Assembly (NCBI GenBank): GCA_964016885.1
Contig: OZ024740.1
Coordinates: forward strand, 69,068,001 to 69,132,000
Reading direction: 5' to 3'
Source: Eledone cirrhosa
Lineage: Eukaryota
Length of the DNA: 64,000 nucleotides
This document shows positions 1 to 13,906 of the stretch, one piece after another. The position numbers were made by a program, and so were the translations under genes. The stretch's first letter is position 1, and the number at the start of each line of letters is the position of its first letter. The notes beneath the pieces are model-generated. The model was given only the letters and a program-made list of their open reading frames with translations, was not told where the DNA came from and made no database searches.

Positions 1-60
1 ACCTCTCTCTCTCCCTTTCTCTTGGTTTATATATATATATATATATAAATATATATTTGA

Positions 61-340
61 GGGCGACTGACCGAGGTGAAAACAGCTAGTTGGTCAGTCG
101 TCCTCTCTGTCTCTGATTTTTGGACCCATGGATTTTTATATATTCCTTTGTTATATTTCGAATACCTGATGATATCACCCGACTCATACGGAACCCGGTC
201 ATTGAAATGATCATAGTATAATAAACCTTTCAAGCATTTACACCAGTCCAGCCTCCTGTTATTCATAATATTTAACTCCGTATTCGCACCACCAACTACA
301 CAAACGAAGACGGGTGAACTGCACTACGTTGAGTACTTTC
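61..340 (+). mobile_element. Penelope-like element pseudo-LTR (same family as 12240-12827)
   Basis: Aligns by eye with the reverse complement of ~12290-12572 and with 12611-12827; starts right after (TA)n; contains a hammerhead motif; followed by a PLE ORF remnant. Confidence 0.7.
162..219 (+). ncRNA. Type I minimal hammerhead ribozyme motif (family A)
   Basis: ATAC-CTGATGA(166-172)-long stem II-GAAA(204-207)-TGATCA-TA-GTAT; stem I ATAC/GTAT; palindromic stem III ATGATCAT. Confidence 0.65.
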
Positions 341-400
341 CATAATATTGCATCAAGAATGACAAATTATATCCGGTGGTGAACCAAAAAACCTAAATAA

Positions 401-460
<60 letters not shown>

Positions 461-463
<3 letters not shown>

Positions 464-1085
464 CCACTAGATTCCTACTGCGAATACATGAATTTTTCCT
501 TGGTAAAATTGGAAATGGAATCATGACATAAAATTTCTCAAATCTTTGGAATAACTTAATTGATTTGTAAGCAATCACTGAAATAATTACTAACAAAGCT
601 GATAAAGGTACCAATGTGGTCATCATGAATATAGAGTACTTTAAAGATATGACATTTAGAATGCTAGAAGACAACTGTTACTATGAAAATACAACCAATT
701 ACAAATAATAAAGAAATATGGAAAATCTTTTAACTAAATAATTCCTCCAACGGTCTAACCCCGAAAGAAATCTACGACTCTTAAAAGTGTCAACCGAAAA
801 TGCTAAAATCCAATCTGATAAATGACGCTTATGTATTCTAAAAATGAAATTGAACATTCCCTTTAACCCAGCAAAAAGGATTTGTAGATTATTATCGGAA
901 CCGATCAACCATGAGCAAATACTGGATGAACTCAAAATATACTAAAGACCATTTCCATTTGTCCGCAGAATGGAATGAGCTAAACATATAGATATCCAAG
1001 AACTAAAGACAACAAAAAACGAAACCAGAGACAATGTTTTACCATATGTGTCTAGCTTCAACTCCCAAATATCGACAACACTAAC
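461..1085 (+). pseudogene. Internally deleted Penelope-like ORF remnant
   Basis: From 580 reads EIITNKADKGTNVVIMNIEYFKDMTFRMLEDNCYYE (PLE ADKG motif); ~980-1075 reads AKHIDIQELK..VLPYVSSFN, similar to the PLE linker at 17740-17830 minus. Confidence 0.65.
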
Positions 1086-1109
1086 AGCAATTATGAAAAG
1101 CAGCAAATA

Positions 1110-4100
1110 GCACTAACGACAATGTAAACACCAACGAGGGTACTTTTCCAGCCACAGCTGCAAAAGTTCAAACTCTGTACACAAATGATTTAAAAGAAAA
1201 GAAAGAACGTTTGGCCTAGGCGACAAAGCTCATCACCAGAGATAAGGCCCTGGCCGAGTTACACGTTCTGCCAGATGTGATGGCATAGGCGGAGAGAAGA
1301 ACTCTGAAATATAGCCGCATTTCTGTGCAATTTTGCAATGTTAAGATAGTCTTCCAAGCATAATTTGAAGTTGCAATGAAGTGCATCATAAGGACAATGA
1401 GCACATAGCAAGGGCCAAGCAATTTGAAAGAATCCCGGGACTTCTCAAAACTGAGGCTTTGCTATGAAGCATTAGGACATGGAGAGAAGAGGTGTAAAGG
1501 TACGTGTTCCAATGATACCGCCAAAACTGGGAATATGGTGGCTCTTGGGAGGCATGGCTGCGTTACTTCCTTGATGTAAAATTTACAAAGCCGGTGAAAT
1601 GGTCCAGGACTGGTTAGGACATTCTTCTTCATATCAAACCAAATGACATAAAAAAATATCCAGGGCCACTTCAACTATCAGACGGGTAAAAGATACAGGT
1701 GATTACTGAAACTGTATTGCCGCACTGTTTTGTTTGTGGTGAAGACACACATCTCTGAACCTTCTAACATCAGCTGAAAAAGACAGGGGTCGCAAATCTC
1801 TCTTGCAGCAACCACCGGCGGTGTTGGGACAAACCACCGTGGAAGCAACAATGCCGGCACCGGCACGAGCAATAGTAGAAGCAACAGTACCATCAGTAGT
1901 AGCAGCAGCTAAACCTCCTGCAACAACAACTATGACAGAATCAACCAAATGCGATGACGAGAAATTTATCACACCTTCTCTCCCTCCCCAATCCATTTAT
2001 AAATACCCACACAAACACAAACATCTAAAGGTGACACATAAAGCTCGTCTTCTCGCAGCGAAGACGCGGGACAACCACAAAGAGAAAAAAAACACCAATC
2101 AAAACAATTTAAAAAAACCTTTAAACATCACACACACAAACAGAAAACGCAGACACTACAGGCACAACAAATACAGGTATACCCACAAAGACACCAACAC
2201 CACCAGCACACACACACCCAAACGAAAACTTGTACAACCACAACAATTATCAGGCAAAGACCAAACCTTTCCCTAATAAGAAGAGCCAGCCATGAACTGA
2301 TGGCCCACATAATACAAACTAAAGAAATAGAGAGAGAGAGGGCGAGATTATTGCCACAAGCGCCATCAAAGTGACAGAGTCAGTGATGATGGTACGACTG
2401 GGACAACCAACATATAAAACATTAGGGAGAGCTTCCAGCAAGACGCGAAAAGCTCAAACGTAAAAGTCCCCATTTTCTATGACTATCAGATCTTTGTATC
2501 TCTTTATCGACCGGGAATGGGAGGTGGGATGCCAGTGTTGTAGGAAAGACATCGATCTGGAGGTAAGGACGGTCTACCTTGACTCAGACGGTAATTTGGT
2601 GGTCCTGGACTTGAGCAATAGCGAGGTGCCTTTTCACTGGTGTTCGTCTACGCTCCGACCGAATTCTTCAGGGTCCTTGCAGCCGTTTTGAGAACGTCAC
2701 GCCCTTTAATCTTAGAACGGCATATTACAAGCATGATGGGATTGTGTATGAGTAGATTATAGGAACAGCGGATTCAAAGCTTCAAGTAACTGATCAGCCA
2801 GTTCCAACTCTCTGGTTGGTACAGAGTAGATTTCCCTATTGCGCCAGTATGTAACTAGACAAACCACATACGATCATATAGATCATATATTTGTGATCTG
2901 CATGTTATATATAGTTGGAACATAGTCTAGAACCTGGTAACTAGAAGATTAACAGGTCATTCTCGGCGCGTAAAGCCTACAGTTACCCGGTCACCTAGTT
3001 CGTTAAGTGTAAGTTGACAGGATGCGAATTGTGAGTGCTGCGAAAGGCAGATAATATCAGCCTAGATTCGGGATGCCCTGGTCGATTACAGGAGGCGTAA
3101 GGCTTGGATAGTCTGCCTTAAGAATTTTACGTAGAAATGCCAGACTTATTCTCCGATCTCTTCGAAGCCGTCTACGGAAACCGACAGCAGAAAGAGAGTA
3201 TTCCCAGATATGTGAGCCGGGGAGTAATTACACTGATGAGGAGAGAAGAGAACCAGAGGGATACTTTAGTTAATTCCAGTCCCATAATTGCTAAACACAG
3301 AGTTTAATATTTTAGACAAGATGGCAGCGAAGCGATTGGCGTTTGTAGATGAGGCGGAAACTTGCGCATTCCCGACCAGGTCCATACACGACAAGCTCCA
3401 CCTCATGCGATACATCATAGAGAGGGTGAGGAATAATCATGGCTTCGGTGAGTATATGATCAATAGAGCGCTTTCTATATGATTGACGATTTATTCCTAG
3501 AGACTGTACTCGAGGCGGCTGGCTTCAGTACCAAATTCAGAACCTGGATCGCTACAAACTACAGAGGCATCAGCTCGCAGGTCAAAGTAAGTGGCGCTCT
3601 TTCGTAACCGTTTCAGATCAAGCTATAGGTTCGTCGAGGGTGCCCTATCTCTACCCTTCAGTACGTATTGACATTTGAGCCTTTACTGTCGGAGCTGGAG
3701 CTATTGCAGTGCATCCTGCTCGAACTGGGACGTGGAAGAGCTTTGTCTGCTTATTCAGACAACATCACGAGGAAGGTGTTGAACACCTCGGAAATCAAGG
3801 TGGTCGTCACCCTCTTGGAAGAATATTAAAGGTTGATGCGAGCGAATGGATCGACCGGTAAAGATGCTCGGGGTTTCTTACGGACCAGACTTCCAGCTGG
3901 ATGAGAATTGAGACGAGTTTACGATCAAGGTGGCAACTGTCAACTTCAACAAGAAATGCGCCGGGTGAAGGCTATCTCTGAAATTCCGGGTGAAGGTGGC
4001 GACAACATACATCGCGTCTGTCATCTACTTCCGCCTGATCGTGAAGCCTTGCCCCCGTTCGTGCCTCATAAAATTGGAGCGGGTGCTCTTCAACCTCTTG

Positions 4101-5260
4101 TGGAGGGGACAGGTTTCGATGGTGAGGCGGTCCATCTACTGCCAGCACTCTCTACACGAAGTGCTGGGAATGCCATGGCCAATAATGCGTAAACATGCGC
4201 TGAGGCTGCAGCATCTCCAGATATTCTTCGGAAACGGTAAAGAGTTGTGGTCACCACTTGTCTGACGGGCCTTTCCACAGCTCGTCTCTTCGATTGAGCT
4301 GCAGCCTTGGGTCAAGAAGAGACCGAGACTGGGTAACTCGCATCTGAAATGTTGCCAGGAACTCACTTCCCTCTAACAGGTGAGCAATGGAACTTCCAGG
4401 CTCAAGTTCCATAGAGAATTAGTGTGCGCCAAGTGCGACGGCCCATTTTGAGAGGCTCTGGGCGTCGACAAAGTCGAACTGAGCAGACTGTTCTGGATGA
4501 CTTTCCAGCCGGAGACGATGGACAACTTCCAGAAATACCTCGCTTGGCAGTACTACCGGAGTGCACGGCGTGTTCAAGATAAACTCTACAGGCACGGAAG
4601 TGCTGTCAGACAAACCTGCCCGAGATATGTGCCGTGCGACAAAACCGTTCTGCACACACTCGTCCAGTGTGGAGTTATGATGAACAGCTGTTGTTCCATG
4701 TAGAACGGATACGTCTATCGGCCGAGTCAATAGTGAAGATCGATCCGCCGCCTTCTTTTGGCCAAGAAGCGCAGTCAATTTTCCTCTTTGTGGTGACAGT
4801 AGCGAAAGCGGTTAAATGGTGGACCAGTTTGAAAAGACTGGAGACAAATACTTTCCTCTTCGGCCAATCACTGATCTACCTTTTGAAGTTTCACTTGGAT
4901 AGAAAGGTGAGGGTGGAAAGAGAAGTGCGGCCCCCAGTACATTTGATAAAATGTGGGTGAATGTGGCGAGAATGACCCGTGTGATTGGGCCTACTCTGAC
5001 CATGCGCCTGTCGGCTGGTTAATTTGAGAAGGAGAGGGGTGCACTTCTAAGGTGCCCTCCAAGCGTCGGGTGGTTTAGAATTGGTGGGATACCTAAGACG
5101 ACTCTGGGTGGTCATTGCGAAATTTCATTGCTGTATTTTTCTTTTTATTTTGTCATTTGTATATTGTTTACACGTATTTATGTATATACAACCTCATTGT
5201 CCCTGTCTTTTGTATTGTCCTTCATATATTGACGCTCGTGGCCAATAAATAATTTATTAT
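1110..5260 (+). mobile_element. Degenerate L1/Tx1-clade non-LTR retrotransposon (ORF1 with CCHC knuckle and low-complexity tail; ORF2 APE-RT-zinc finger, many stops and frameshifts)
   Basis: LPHCFVCGEDTH knuckle ~1717; APE-like DSDGNLVVLDL; RT-like LLNTEFNILDKMAAKRL, RSIHDKLHLMRYII, GCP, AYSDN; C-terminal TCPR..KTVLHTLVQC; 3' end AATAAATAA ~5244. Confidence 0.75.
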
Positions 5261-5261
5261 T

Positions 5262-5480
5262 TGTGGATTGGCAGTATCGGTAGAGGGTCGGACGCCAAGC
5301 TTTGCAACAGAGAGTTACAGCCCTCTTCGGTCTGAGTAAAAATCCCGCCGAGGTCAACTTTGCCTTACGCTTTACAGGGTCGATAAAATAAAGCACCAGC
5401 AATAAACAGGGGTTTTATTTAATCAATTTTCCCTCGCCCCCAAGTTTGCTGGTCTTGAGCCTATAGTAGAAATCATTATC
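5262..5480 (+). mobile_element. tRNA-derived SINE (octopus-type family)
   Basis: A-box-like TGGCAGTATCGGT, B-box-like GAGTAAAAATCC, body CCGAGGTCAACTTTGCCTT..GGGTCGATAAAATAAAG shared with 4 other copies in the window. Confidence 0.8.
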
Positions 5481-6359
5481 ATCATCAGCAGCAGCAGCAT
5501 TATATTTACTTATAATTAGATATTAGCTATTCACAATGAGATGCAGGTGATTTATTTAACTCTGGGTATATATGTATGTTTGCATATCTTGGTATGTGTT
5601 TGTGTTTGGCTGCGTATCTTCTGCTAGGCATTGGTATGTATGTGCGTATATCAAGCGTTATAGCTATTTCTGCTTGTGTTTGTGTGTGTATGTATATGTG
5701 TTAGCGTGTGCCAGTGTGCGTGAGAGAGAGGGATAGGATGAGTTTATTAATACTAAAATCATTTAGTGCTACTTTTGCAGCACTAACAAAACGTGATCAA
5801 CCGTGTAGATTTTTTTCAAAGGAAAAGAATACAAACAATAAATAAAACAAAAGAATAGAAAGTTAGACAAGTAGAAACAAAGGATGATACAGATAGAAAG
5901 AAAAAAGGAACGAAAGGATAGCAAGGTGGAAAGAGTGTAAGAAATCAATGTAAATTAAAACCTAGTGAGTCTACTGTTAGAAATATTCGTGACATGTTAA
6001 TAGCTTAAATGAAGCGTGTTACAATTTTGTTCGTTATAATTTCATATTGCTATATCGGTGTTTGATGAACTTTGATCGTCAGTTTCGTTGGGAAATTACA
6101 ATAAAATGAAAGTTGTAATGCTTTTAAATAATTTAAATAGTGTGTATTGAAACAGCCAAACTGGCACATACATTCACAAACACACACATACAGACATACA
6201 TACTCGCTCAAACACTGCGCGCGCTCATATAAGTGTCATATGTATTCGTACGGATGCACTGAAACATTCTTCAAGGTGTGCATTACATATACATGTGTGT
6301 GTGTATGTGCGTATATATACATACATACACACACACATCCACACACACACACACGTATG

Positions 6360-6730
<371 letters not shown>

Positions 6731-7820
6731 ATAACTATAATTTGATTTAGGCGCTACGATTCAATCAACAAAATAAATATATATATAATATACTGTTAAA
6801 ACCATGTTATATCCTTAACACTAACCCTAAGCTTAACACTTGGTTTAATCTACTTCTTAAAAAATCTTATTCTTAAACAATCATATTCTTTTCCTGTGCA
6901 TGAATAGTTATCTGTATACAAATATGGATTTCGCTTTTTAATTGTGTCAAATTTGGTTACTTTTAGTAACTAATAAGCGAATAGTAGAGAGAGTGATACG
7001 CATTCCAAGATCATTTACGTTTTAATTGTGAATTGAAAGCAAGCAGTAGATTTTATTAGTCTGACAAATGAACACTAATTGTATGTCACATGACTTAGAT
7101 TAAGTCAATATTTGTATGATATCACATAGTTTTATATGTAGGTGTGTTGATGCATAAAAGGAAATGTCCTGCAGGTAATAGTTCAACTATTTGAAATTAG
7201 CGTTGTTTTAGGCATTTAACAAAATTATTTTAATTTCTATCGTTTAAAAAATAATTATGAATTTTTTTCTCTTCTATTCTCTATTCCTGTTTAATTTAAA
7301 ATGTCGTTTATTACAGAGCATTGATAGAGTTCAATGTATGAATACAATATAAAATGTTCTTCAAGGCATTTAACTAGTTGAGTTTCCAACATTGAACATT
7401 AACAGGAAATAAGAAAAAAATCAATGTCGTGGCTAAATACTCATAAAATAATTTCATTAATGGTGGAAGAAAAATGATTGATTAAATGGGCTAAACGTTT
7501 GTGACATTTGATTCAAGAACGAATCGACAAGACTTAAAACTAAAATTATGCAAGATTATAATAATGGCTGACATATTACGATAAACAGATTAGGTTTATT
7601 TTGCTGTAAATTGCATATAAAAAATGAAAAAATCAACGTCATGCTATAATTATAGGTGAATTAGGATATTCAAATTAAAGTTTACTTCGATCATCAGTTG
7701 GAACAAATGCCCATAATACCGTTTGATATGTTCTCAACGTTCTTTTCTACAAACTGATTCTTGTATAGCTTCATAATTTAGCATAATAATTATCTACGAC
7801 CATCACATTTTTAGGCTATT

Positions 7821-7858
<38 letters not shown>

Positions 7859-7959
7859 CATACACACACACACACCACACACTCACACATATATCTATCT
7901 ATATATATATATATATACATATATAAACCCCCCCCCCACACACACACACACATCTCACC

Positions 7960-10900
7960 TTATTTGCCATTATGTTGGACAACCAACCGTTATCCATGTC
8001 TCTCAAGTGTATCCCCTTACCCAGCAGAAAAACCTATCTCAATCTGCTTAGAGACGCTACTAATTCGTTTATACGGAGAGTCAGATGGAAGGCCTACCAC
8101 CCGGAGAAGAACACCCGTAAGCTTCCTGAACCTAAAGAGAGGTATGGCTTCAAAACATACCGAAACCCACCGCACAACACCTTACTGTACACCTTTGAAG
8201 AGGACCTACTGAAAATGATCAAAAACGTTAAGTTCAGAAAGAAACACCAATGCAACAATCCATTCTTAACGTCCCTTGATACACTAATTACTTAGATCAA
8301 GAATCACCCGCACCTCTTCGTCACCTCCAACAAAACCAAAAAGCTGTACAAGATGGACGCGAGAAGATTCATCTATAAGGAACTACACAAAGACTACAAA
8401 AATACACCCTCTAGTACCCTAAATGACATAAATAGAGTAGGGAAGGAGATAGTCACCAGCTTAGAAATAGAAAAGTACACTAACCCGTACGTCCCTCTGA
8501 CGCCTAAATTCTCTCTTAAGGATCACAAATATGACTTTAATGAAAGCCCCTCTATTAGACTTATATGCCCCTCTACATCAGATATAGGTAAGATTAGTAA
8601 AGTGATCCTCGACAGAGTACTACTGGAGCTTAATAGAAAGGCTAAAAACTAAGGTCTGCCTCTGGGGCAACTCCGACCAGGTCATACATTGGTTCACCGA
8701 GTTGCCGGATAAAGCCACCCTGAAGTTCATCCAGTTTGACATAAATAGTACTACGCCTCTCTCTCCCCCATACTCTTAAATAAGGCACTTATCTTAGCTA
8801 AATCTAGCAGTAGCCTCACTAAAAAAGAAATTGACATAGTTCTAGCGGCGCGTAGAACCATTATCCAGTTCGAAGGCTTCCACTGGACCAGAACCAACCG
8901 TCCTGAAAACTTAGATATCACGATAGAGTCCAGTGACTCAGCGAAAGCAACTGACCTGGTCAGGATGTACTCCTACATAAGCTTAGGGAAGAGATACCGG
9001 CCCTACAAGGAGGTGTATATAGGGACAAGGCCTTGTTTACCGTTAGGAACCAAAGCCCCCGTAGGATAGAGAAACTTAACAAACATATACACAGGTTCTT
9101 CAAGTTATACGGCCTATCCGTAACTATGGACCTCAACCACAAGGTTGTCAACTTCCTGGACGTGACCCTGGAGTTGAGTACGAGCTTATACAAGCCATAC
9201 CATAAGCCTGGAGAATGCTCTCTTATAATAATTATGCCTCCAACCAGCCTAAGCAGACTCTCAACTCCATAGTGTATAGTATCTCACATAGAATCTCGAG
9301 ACTATCCGCCAATGAGGATATCTTCAACCAAGCGGCAGATTACTACAATAGGGCCTTGATAAGCGCCGGCTTTAACCGAGGAATTTCCTACATCCCTAAG
9401 GCTAGCTCTAGAAATCACCCCCCTCATAAAACGAACGTTATAGTAAGCCATACCTATAACCGATCACGCATAACCGCACTCAAGATCACGACCCTGGCGA
9501 CGGTGACCACTGTAGATTACTCGAACTATTCCCCTATTACAAAACCAACAAAGGCGACGGCCTACCACCAACGCCTTCCAACCATCATCTTCCTGTACAT
9601 AAACATGGAAGAGGTAGGAAGAGTGCACTCGAGCATAAAGTGAAAGGGGCACCGAACGGGCGACTGCGTACTAACACACACAAGAGCGGTCACCTAGATG
9701 GAACCACCCGTAGCAAATGTACAAGGACACGTAATCGCTACCGTAACGTCCTATGGTTCCACCCCCATACCCTACTCTCGGAGTGTGGCCTCCAACATAC
9801 CCCGGATGTTCTTCGAAGCCTTAGAGAAGAACTTCCCGCCTAACCATAGGTATAGAAAAATTCTTAATAGGAACAATATAAAAATATCCTTCTCTACTAC
9901 TCCTAACCTAGCAGACATCATAGGAACAACGAACCACAGTAAGATCACCAAGAGACAGCACCTCGACTCAGACGCACCTACACCTGACAATAACTATATC
10001 GGCCTTAACAACTCCCTGGCACCATCCAATAGTGTTGGCAACGGCATCCGCACACACCAACCAGCATAACCGCGAAATGACTGGCGAACATGCAGGACAT
10101 GACGTGCAGAATAACAATCGCACCACCCCGCGTGCTGTGGGTTGTAATGGTGCTAACGACAGCTGCGGTCGCGTGGGTAACAACGTAGGCAGCAACAATG
10201 ATGGCCTTACAGTGGGAAATAGACAGAACCGCGACAGAAATTGCAACTGCCGCGACAGAGGACACTGCCCCCTTAAAGGATACTGCTTGACTGATAGGGT
10301 TATATATAGATGCACTATAACTAGCCACAATAGCGTTAAACATTATATAGGGCCTACCTCCGGCCCGTTCAAAATTAGGTTTCGAACACATCTCAACTCT
10401 TTCACAAATAAAAAAACTAAGACACTCCACTTCGCTCTCGGACTACATCACATCCCTAAAGACTTAAACATCAGCTTCTCCACGCACTGCGATATTGTCG
10501 GCAGGGCTGCACCGTACAACTTCAAGAGGAAATGCGATATTTGCTTCATGGAGCTCTACCACATCATAACTCCACCCCGCGAGCTCATCAACAGCAGATC
10601 TGAAACAGCGATAAGTTGAACACATCGCTTAAAAATATCCTTCTTCGGATGTGTTAAGGATGAGGAGTGAAACCGTGCACCGGATCACCCTGCAACAAGT
10701 CTTAACACCCCGGCGGCAGGCGCTGCAAAAGAACACCCAGGAAACTATCCTCGCATACCAGACCCAGCCTCAAACGACTCAAACAAACAGATGCAGCAAA
10801 AACAACTCTCAAAATAAGCGTTGATTACATGCGTATCGACAATGGTAAGGTTGTAACGTCATCTCGTAGCGGATGAAAAAAAAAAAAAAAATTTCTCCGG

Positions 10901-11146
10901 GAAAGACTGCCCTAACACTGGCCAGAGTTACCTCCCTTGACATGCTGCAAAATCAAAACAACCTATTTTTGCGAGCAATGAACCTTGACGTGGACTTAAC
11001 CCCCAAAACTCTTTCCGAGCAATGTAAGGAACACTTTTGATTATTTATGCCCTTGAGAGGCCCAACTCGGCGAAACGTACTTAGGTGCTGTTTTAAATAA
11101 ACATGTTTTAACGGTCTATTCTCCGATTTCTTACTTTCCCACGTAG
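7960..11146 (+). mobile_element. Near full-length degenerate Penelope-like element (RT + C-terminal GIY-YIG; probably Hydra-clade type), ORF ~7972-10670
   Basis: SLKCIPLP..FIRRVRWKA N-terminus, LKDHK, IQFDI, decayed YRDK, VNFLDVTL, CNCR..CPLKGYC, VIYRC..HYIG, FKIRFRTH, CDIC..LINSRSE; flanked by (TA)n/(CA)n. Confidence 0.9.
11048..11087 (+). ncRNA. Variant or degenerate hammerhead-like motif at the PLE 3' end
   Basis: TGCC-CTTGAGAG-GCC caactc GGC-GAAA-CGTACT-TA-GGTG; core deviates from CUGANGA. Confidence 0.45.
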
Positions 11147-11170
11147 ATATATATATATATATATATATAT

Positions 11171-11348
11171 GAAAGTTAGATCTGTATCGATTTGGCCCAA
11201 CTCTGGAATCAAAAGCTCGTCGGATCTCTGCTGTAGTAATGACAGAATGAATATATAAGGCATATAAATGTCTAAGGTTTCACGTTCATATGTTGGTCAA
11301 TTTATGTTGTTTTGATTGGTGGTTTAGTTAGGAATGTTTTGGCATGTA

Positions 11349-11438
<90 letters not shown>

Positions 11439-11494
11439 GTGTGTGTGTGCGTGTGTGCGTGTGGGTGTGTGTGTGTGTGTGTGTGTATGTGTGT

Positions 11495-11590
<96 letters not shown>

Positions 11591-11819
11591 TTGTCTCTTC
11601 CTATATTTCAGTTGCAACACCATCTTTGTTTGTTTACATGTGTCGCTCGCTTCACCCTATTTTACATGTCACAATAACATTATTTAATTATTGCTCGCAA
11701 CAACCAGGAGTATATGATTTTTAAAGCGATGAAATAGCAATGAAGGTTGGAAGATCACTGATAAAGGACTAATTTTATTCACATGTAACCCATGTGCAAC
11801 CACGCAGCACTCCATGTTT

Positions 11820-11856
<37 letters not shown>

Positions 11857-12036
11857 CATACATGCGAAAACATTCCTAACTAAACCACCAATCAAAACAA
11901 CATAAATTGACCAACATGTGAACACGAAACCTTAGACATTTATATGCCTTATATATTCATTCTGACATTACTACAGCAGAGATCCGACCAGCTTTTGATT
12001 CCCGAGTCGGGCCAAATCGATACAGATCGAACCTTT
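11171..12036. repeat. ~180-bp inverted repeat (11171-11351 / 11856-12036), probably PLE pseudo-LTR pieces, enclosing (TA)n(TG)n
   Basis: Arms are reverse complements with a few substitutions; both bordered by (TA)n. Confidence 0.8.
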
Positions 12037-12179
12037 AGCTGATCAATAGCGAAACGCATGTCACCAATCAATAAACGTAACGAAATCTTAACGAAACGGC
12101 CTTGTATTATATATGTGTATATATGTATATATATATATATGTATACACACACATACATATATACATATATGTATATACC

Positions 12180-12221
<42 letters not shown>

Positions 12222-12412
12222 GGTTTGAGGTTCACCACTGTATAGAGCTGGTCTATTCCGTATGGTCAATCGTAATGCAATAATATAGAGAGTACTCAAC
12301 GTAAAGCAGTTCAGCCGTCTTTGTTTTTGTAGTTGGTGGTGCTATTACGGAGTTAAATATTATAATGAAATGACAGGAGGCTGGATTTGTGTAAATCCTT
12401 GAAAGGTTTATT

Positions 12413-12470
12413 ATACTATGATCATTTCAATGACCGGGTTCCGTATGAATCCGGTGATATCATCAGGTAT
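12413..12470 (-). ncRNA. Type I minimal hammerhead ribozyme motif (family A)
   Basis: Mirror copy of 12713-12770. Confidence 0.7.
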
Positions 12471-12712
12471 TCGAAATATAATACGTGAATGTAATAGGTA
12501 AATTCCATGGGGCTGAAAATCGAGACCCGAGGGCGACCGCTATTCTGTTCCTTCAACCTCAGCCGGTCGCCCTGGAGTGACGTGGCTAAATTTTATAGTA
12601 TGCTACTACCGGGCGACCGGCTGAGGTTGAAGGAACAGAATAGCGGTCGCCCTCGGGTCTCGATTTTCAGCCCCATGGATTTTACCTATTACATTCACGT
12701 ATTATATTTCGA

Positions 12713-12770
12713 ATACCTGATGATATCACCGGATTCATACGGAACCCGGTCATTGAAATGATCATAGTAT
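12713..12770 (+). ncRNA. Type I minimal hammerhead ribozyme motif (family A)
   Basis: ATAC-CTGATGA(12717-12723)-stem II with ACCGG/CCGGT-GAAA(12755-12758)-TGATCA-TA|GTAT; predicted cleavage after 12766. Confidence 0.7.
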
Positions 12771-13105
12771 AATAAACCTTTCAAGGATTTACACAAATCC
12801 AGCCTCCTGTCATTTCATTATAATATTATATATTTCTAACAAGAATGAAACGCGTAGATTACTTCCCTTGCTTTTATCGAGAATCTAATTGTAATACGTG
12901 ACGTATTCTATTCTATAGCGATTAGGTCTTCAAAATGTTTATTATAAACATACAGAATATTTTCGAATATTCTATGTCTATATTCACATATATATCGCTA
13001 TTTCAGAGCATTTATTCCAATTTCTAATTTCTGCCGGACCGGCAACCGCTCTTTCAAACCAGTTCCTGTACACAGCTAAGTATTCTATAAGTCTCTAGCT
13101 GTGTC

Positions 13106-13194
13106 ATTCTCGATAAAAGCACTGGATATGTAGTCCTGATGATTTCTAACAAGAATGAAACGCGTAGATTACTTCCCTTGCTTTTATCGAGAAT
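13106..13194 (+). ncRNA. Type I minimal hammerhead ribozyme (family B), copy 1
   Basis: GTAGTC-CTGATGA(13136-13142)-T TTCT aaca AGAA T-GAAA-CGCG-TA|GATTAC; stem I extended by perfect 16 bp ATTCTCGATAAAAGCA/TGCTTTTATCGAGAAT; palindromic stem III ACGCGT; predicted cleavage after 13166. Confidence 0.88.
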
Positions 13195-13415
13195 CTAATT
13201 GTAATACGTGACGTATTCTATTCTATAGCGATTAGGTCTTCAAAATGTTTATTATAAACATACAGAATATTTTCGAATATTCTATGTCTATATTCACATA
13301 TATATCGCTATTTCAGAGCATTTATTCCAATTTCTAATTTCTGCCGGACCGGCAACCGCTCTTTCAAACCAGTTCCTGTACACAGCTAAGTATTCTATAA
13401 GTCTCTAGCTGTGTC

Positions 13416-13504
13416 ATTCTCGATAAAAGCACTGGATATGTAGTCCTGATGATTTCTAACAAGAATGAAACGCGTAGATTACTTCCCTTGCTTTTATCGA
13501 GAAT
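13416..13504 (+). ncRNA. Type I minimal hammerhead ribozyme (family B), copy 2
   Basis: Same sequence as 13106-13194, +310 bp. Confidence 0.88.
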
Positions 13505-13725
13505 CTAATTGTAATACGTGACGTATTCTATTCTATAGCGATTAGGTCTTCAAAATGTTTATTATAAACATACAGAATATTTTCGAATATTCTATGTCTA
13601 TATTCACATATATATCGCTATTTCAGAGCATTTATTCCAATTTCTAATTTCTGCCGGACCGGCAACCGCTCTTTCAAACCAGTTCCTGTACACAGCTAAG
13701 TATTCTATAAGTCTCTAGCTGTGTC

Positions 13726-13814
13726 ATTCTCGATAAAAGCACTGGATATGTAGTCCTGATGATTTCTAACAAGAATGAAACGCGTAGATTACTTCCCTTG
13801 CTTTTATCGAGAAT
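13726..13814 (+). ncRNA. Type I minimal hammerhead ribozyme (family B), copy 3
   Basis: Same sequence as 13106-13194, +620 bp. Confidence 0.88.
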
Positions 13815-13906
13815 CTAATTGTAATACGTGACGTATTCTATTCTATAGCGATTAGGTCTTCAAAATGTTTATTATAAACATACAGAATATTTTCGAATAT
13901 TCTATG

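Larger units (their letters stand above)
12356..12827. repeat. Palindrome: 217-bp arms (12356-12572 / 12611-12827), 38-nt spacer; inverted PLE pseudo-LTRs
   Basis: Arms are reverse complements with one mismatch found by eye; homologous to 61-340. Confidence 0.92.

Noticed and set aside
12037-12065. GCT..AGC-GAAA-CGCATG-TC hammerhead 3' half
   Set aside because: CUGANGA and the 5' strand of stem I are absent; at most a truncated remnant
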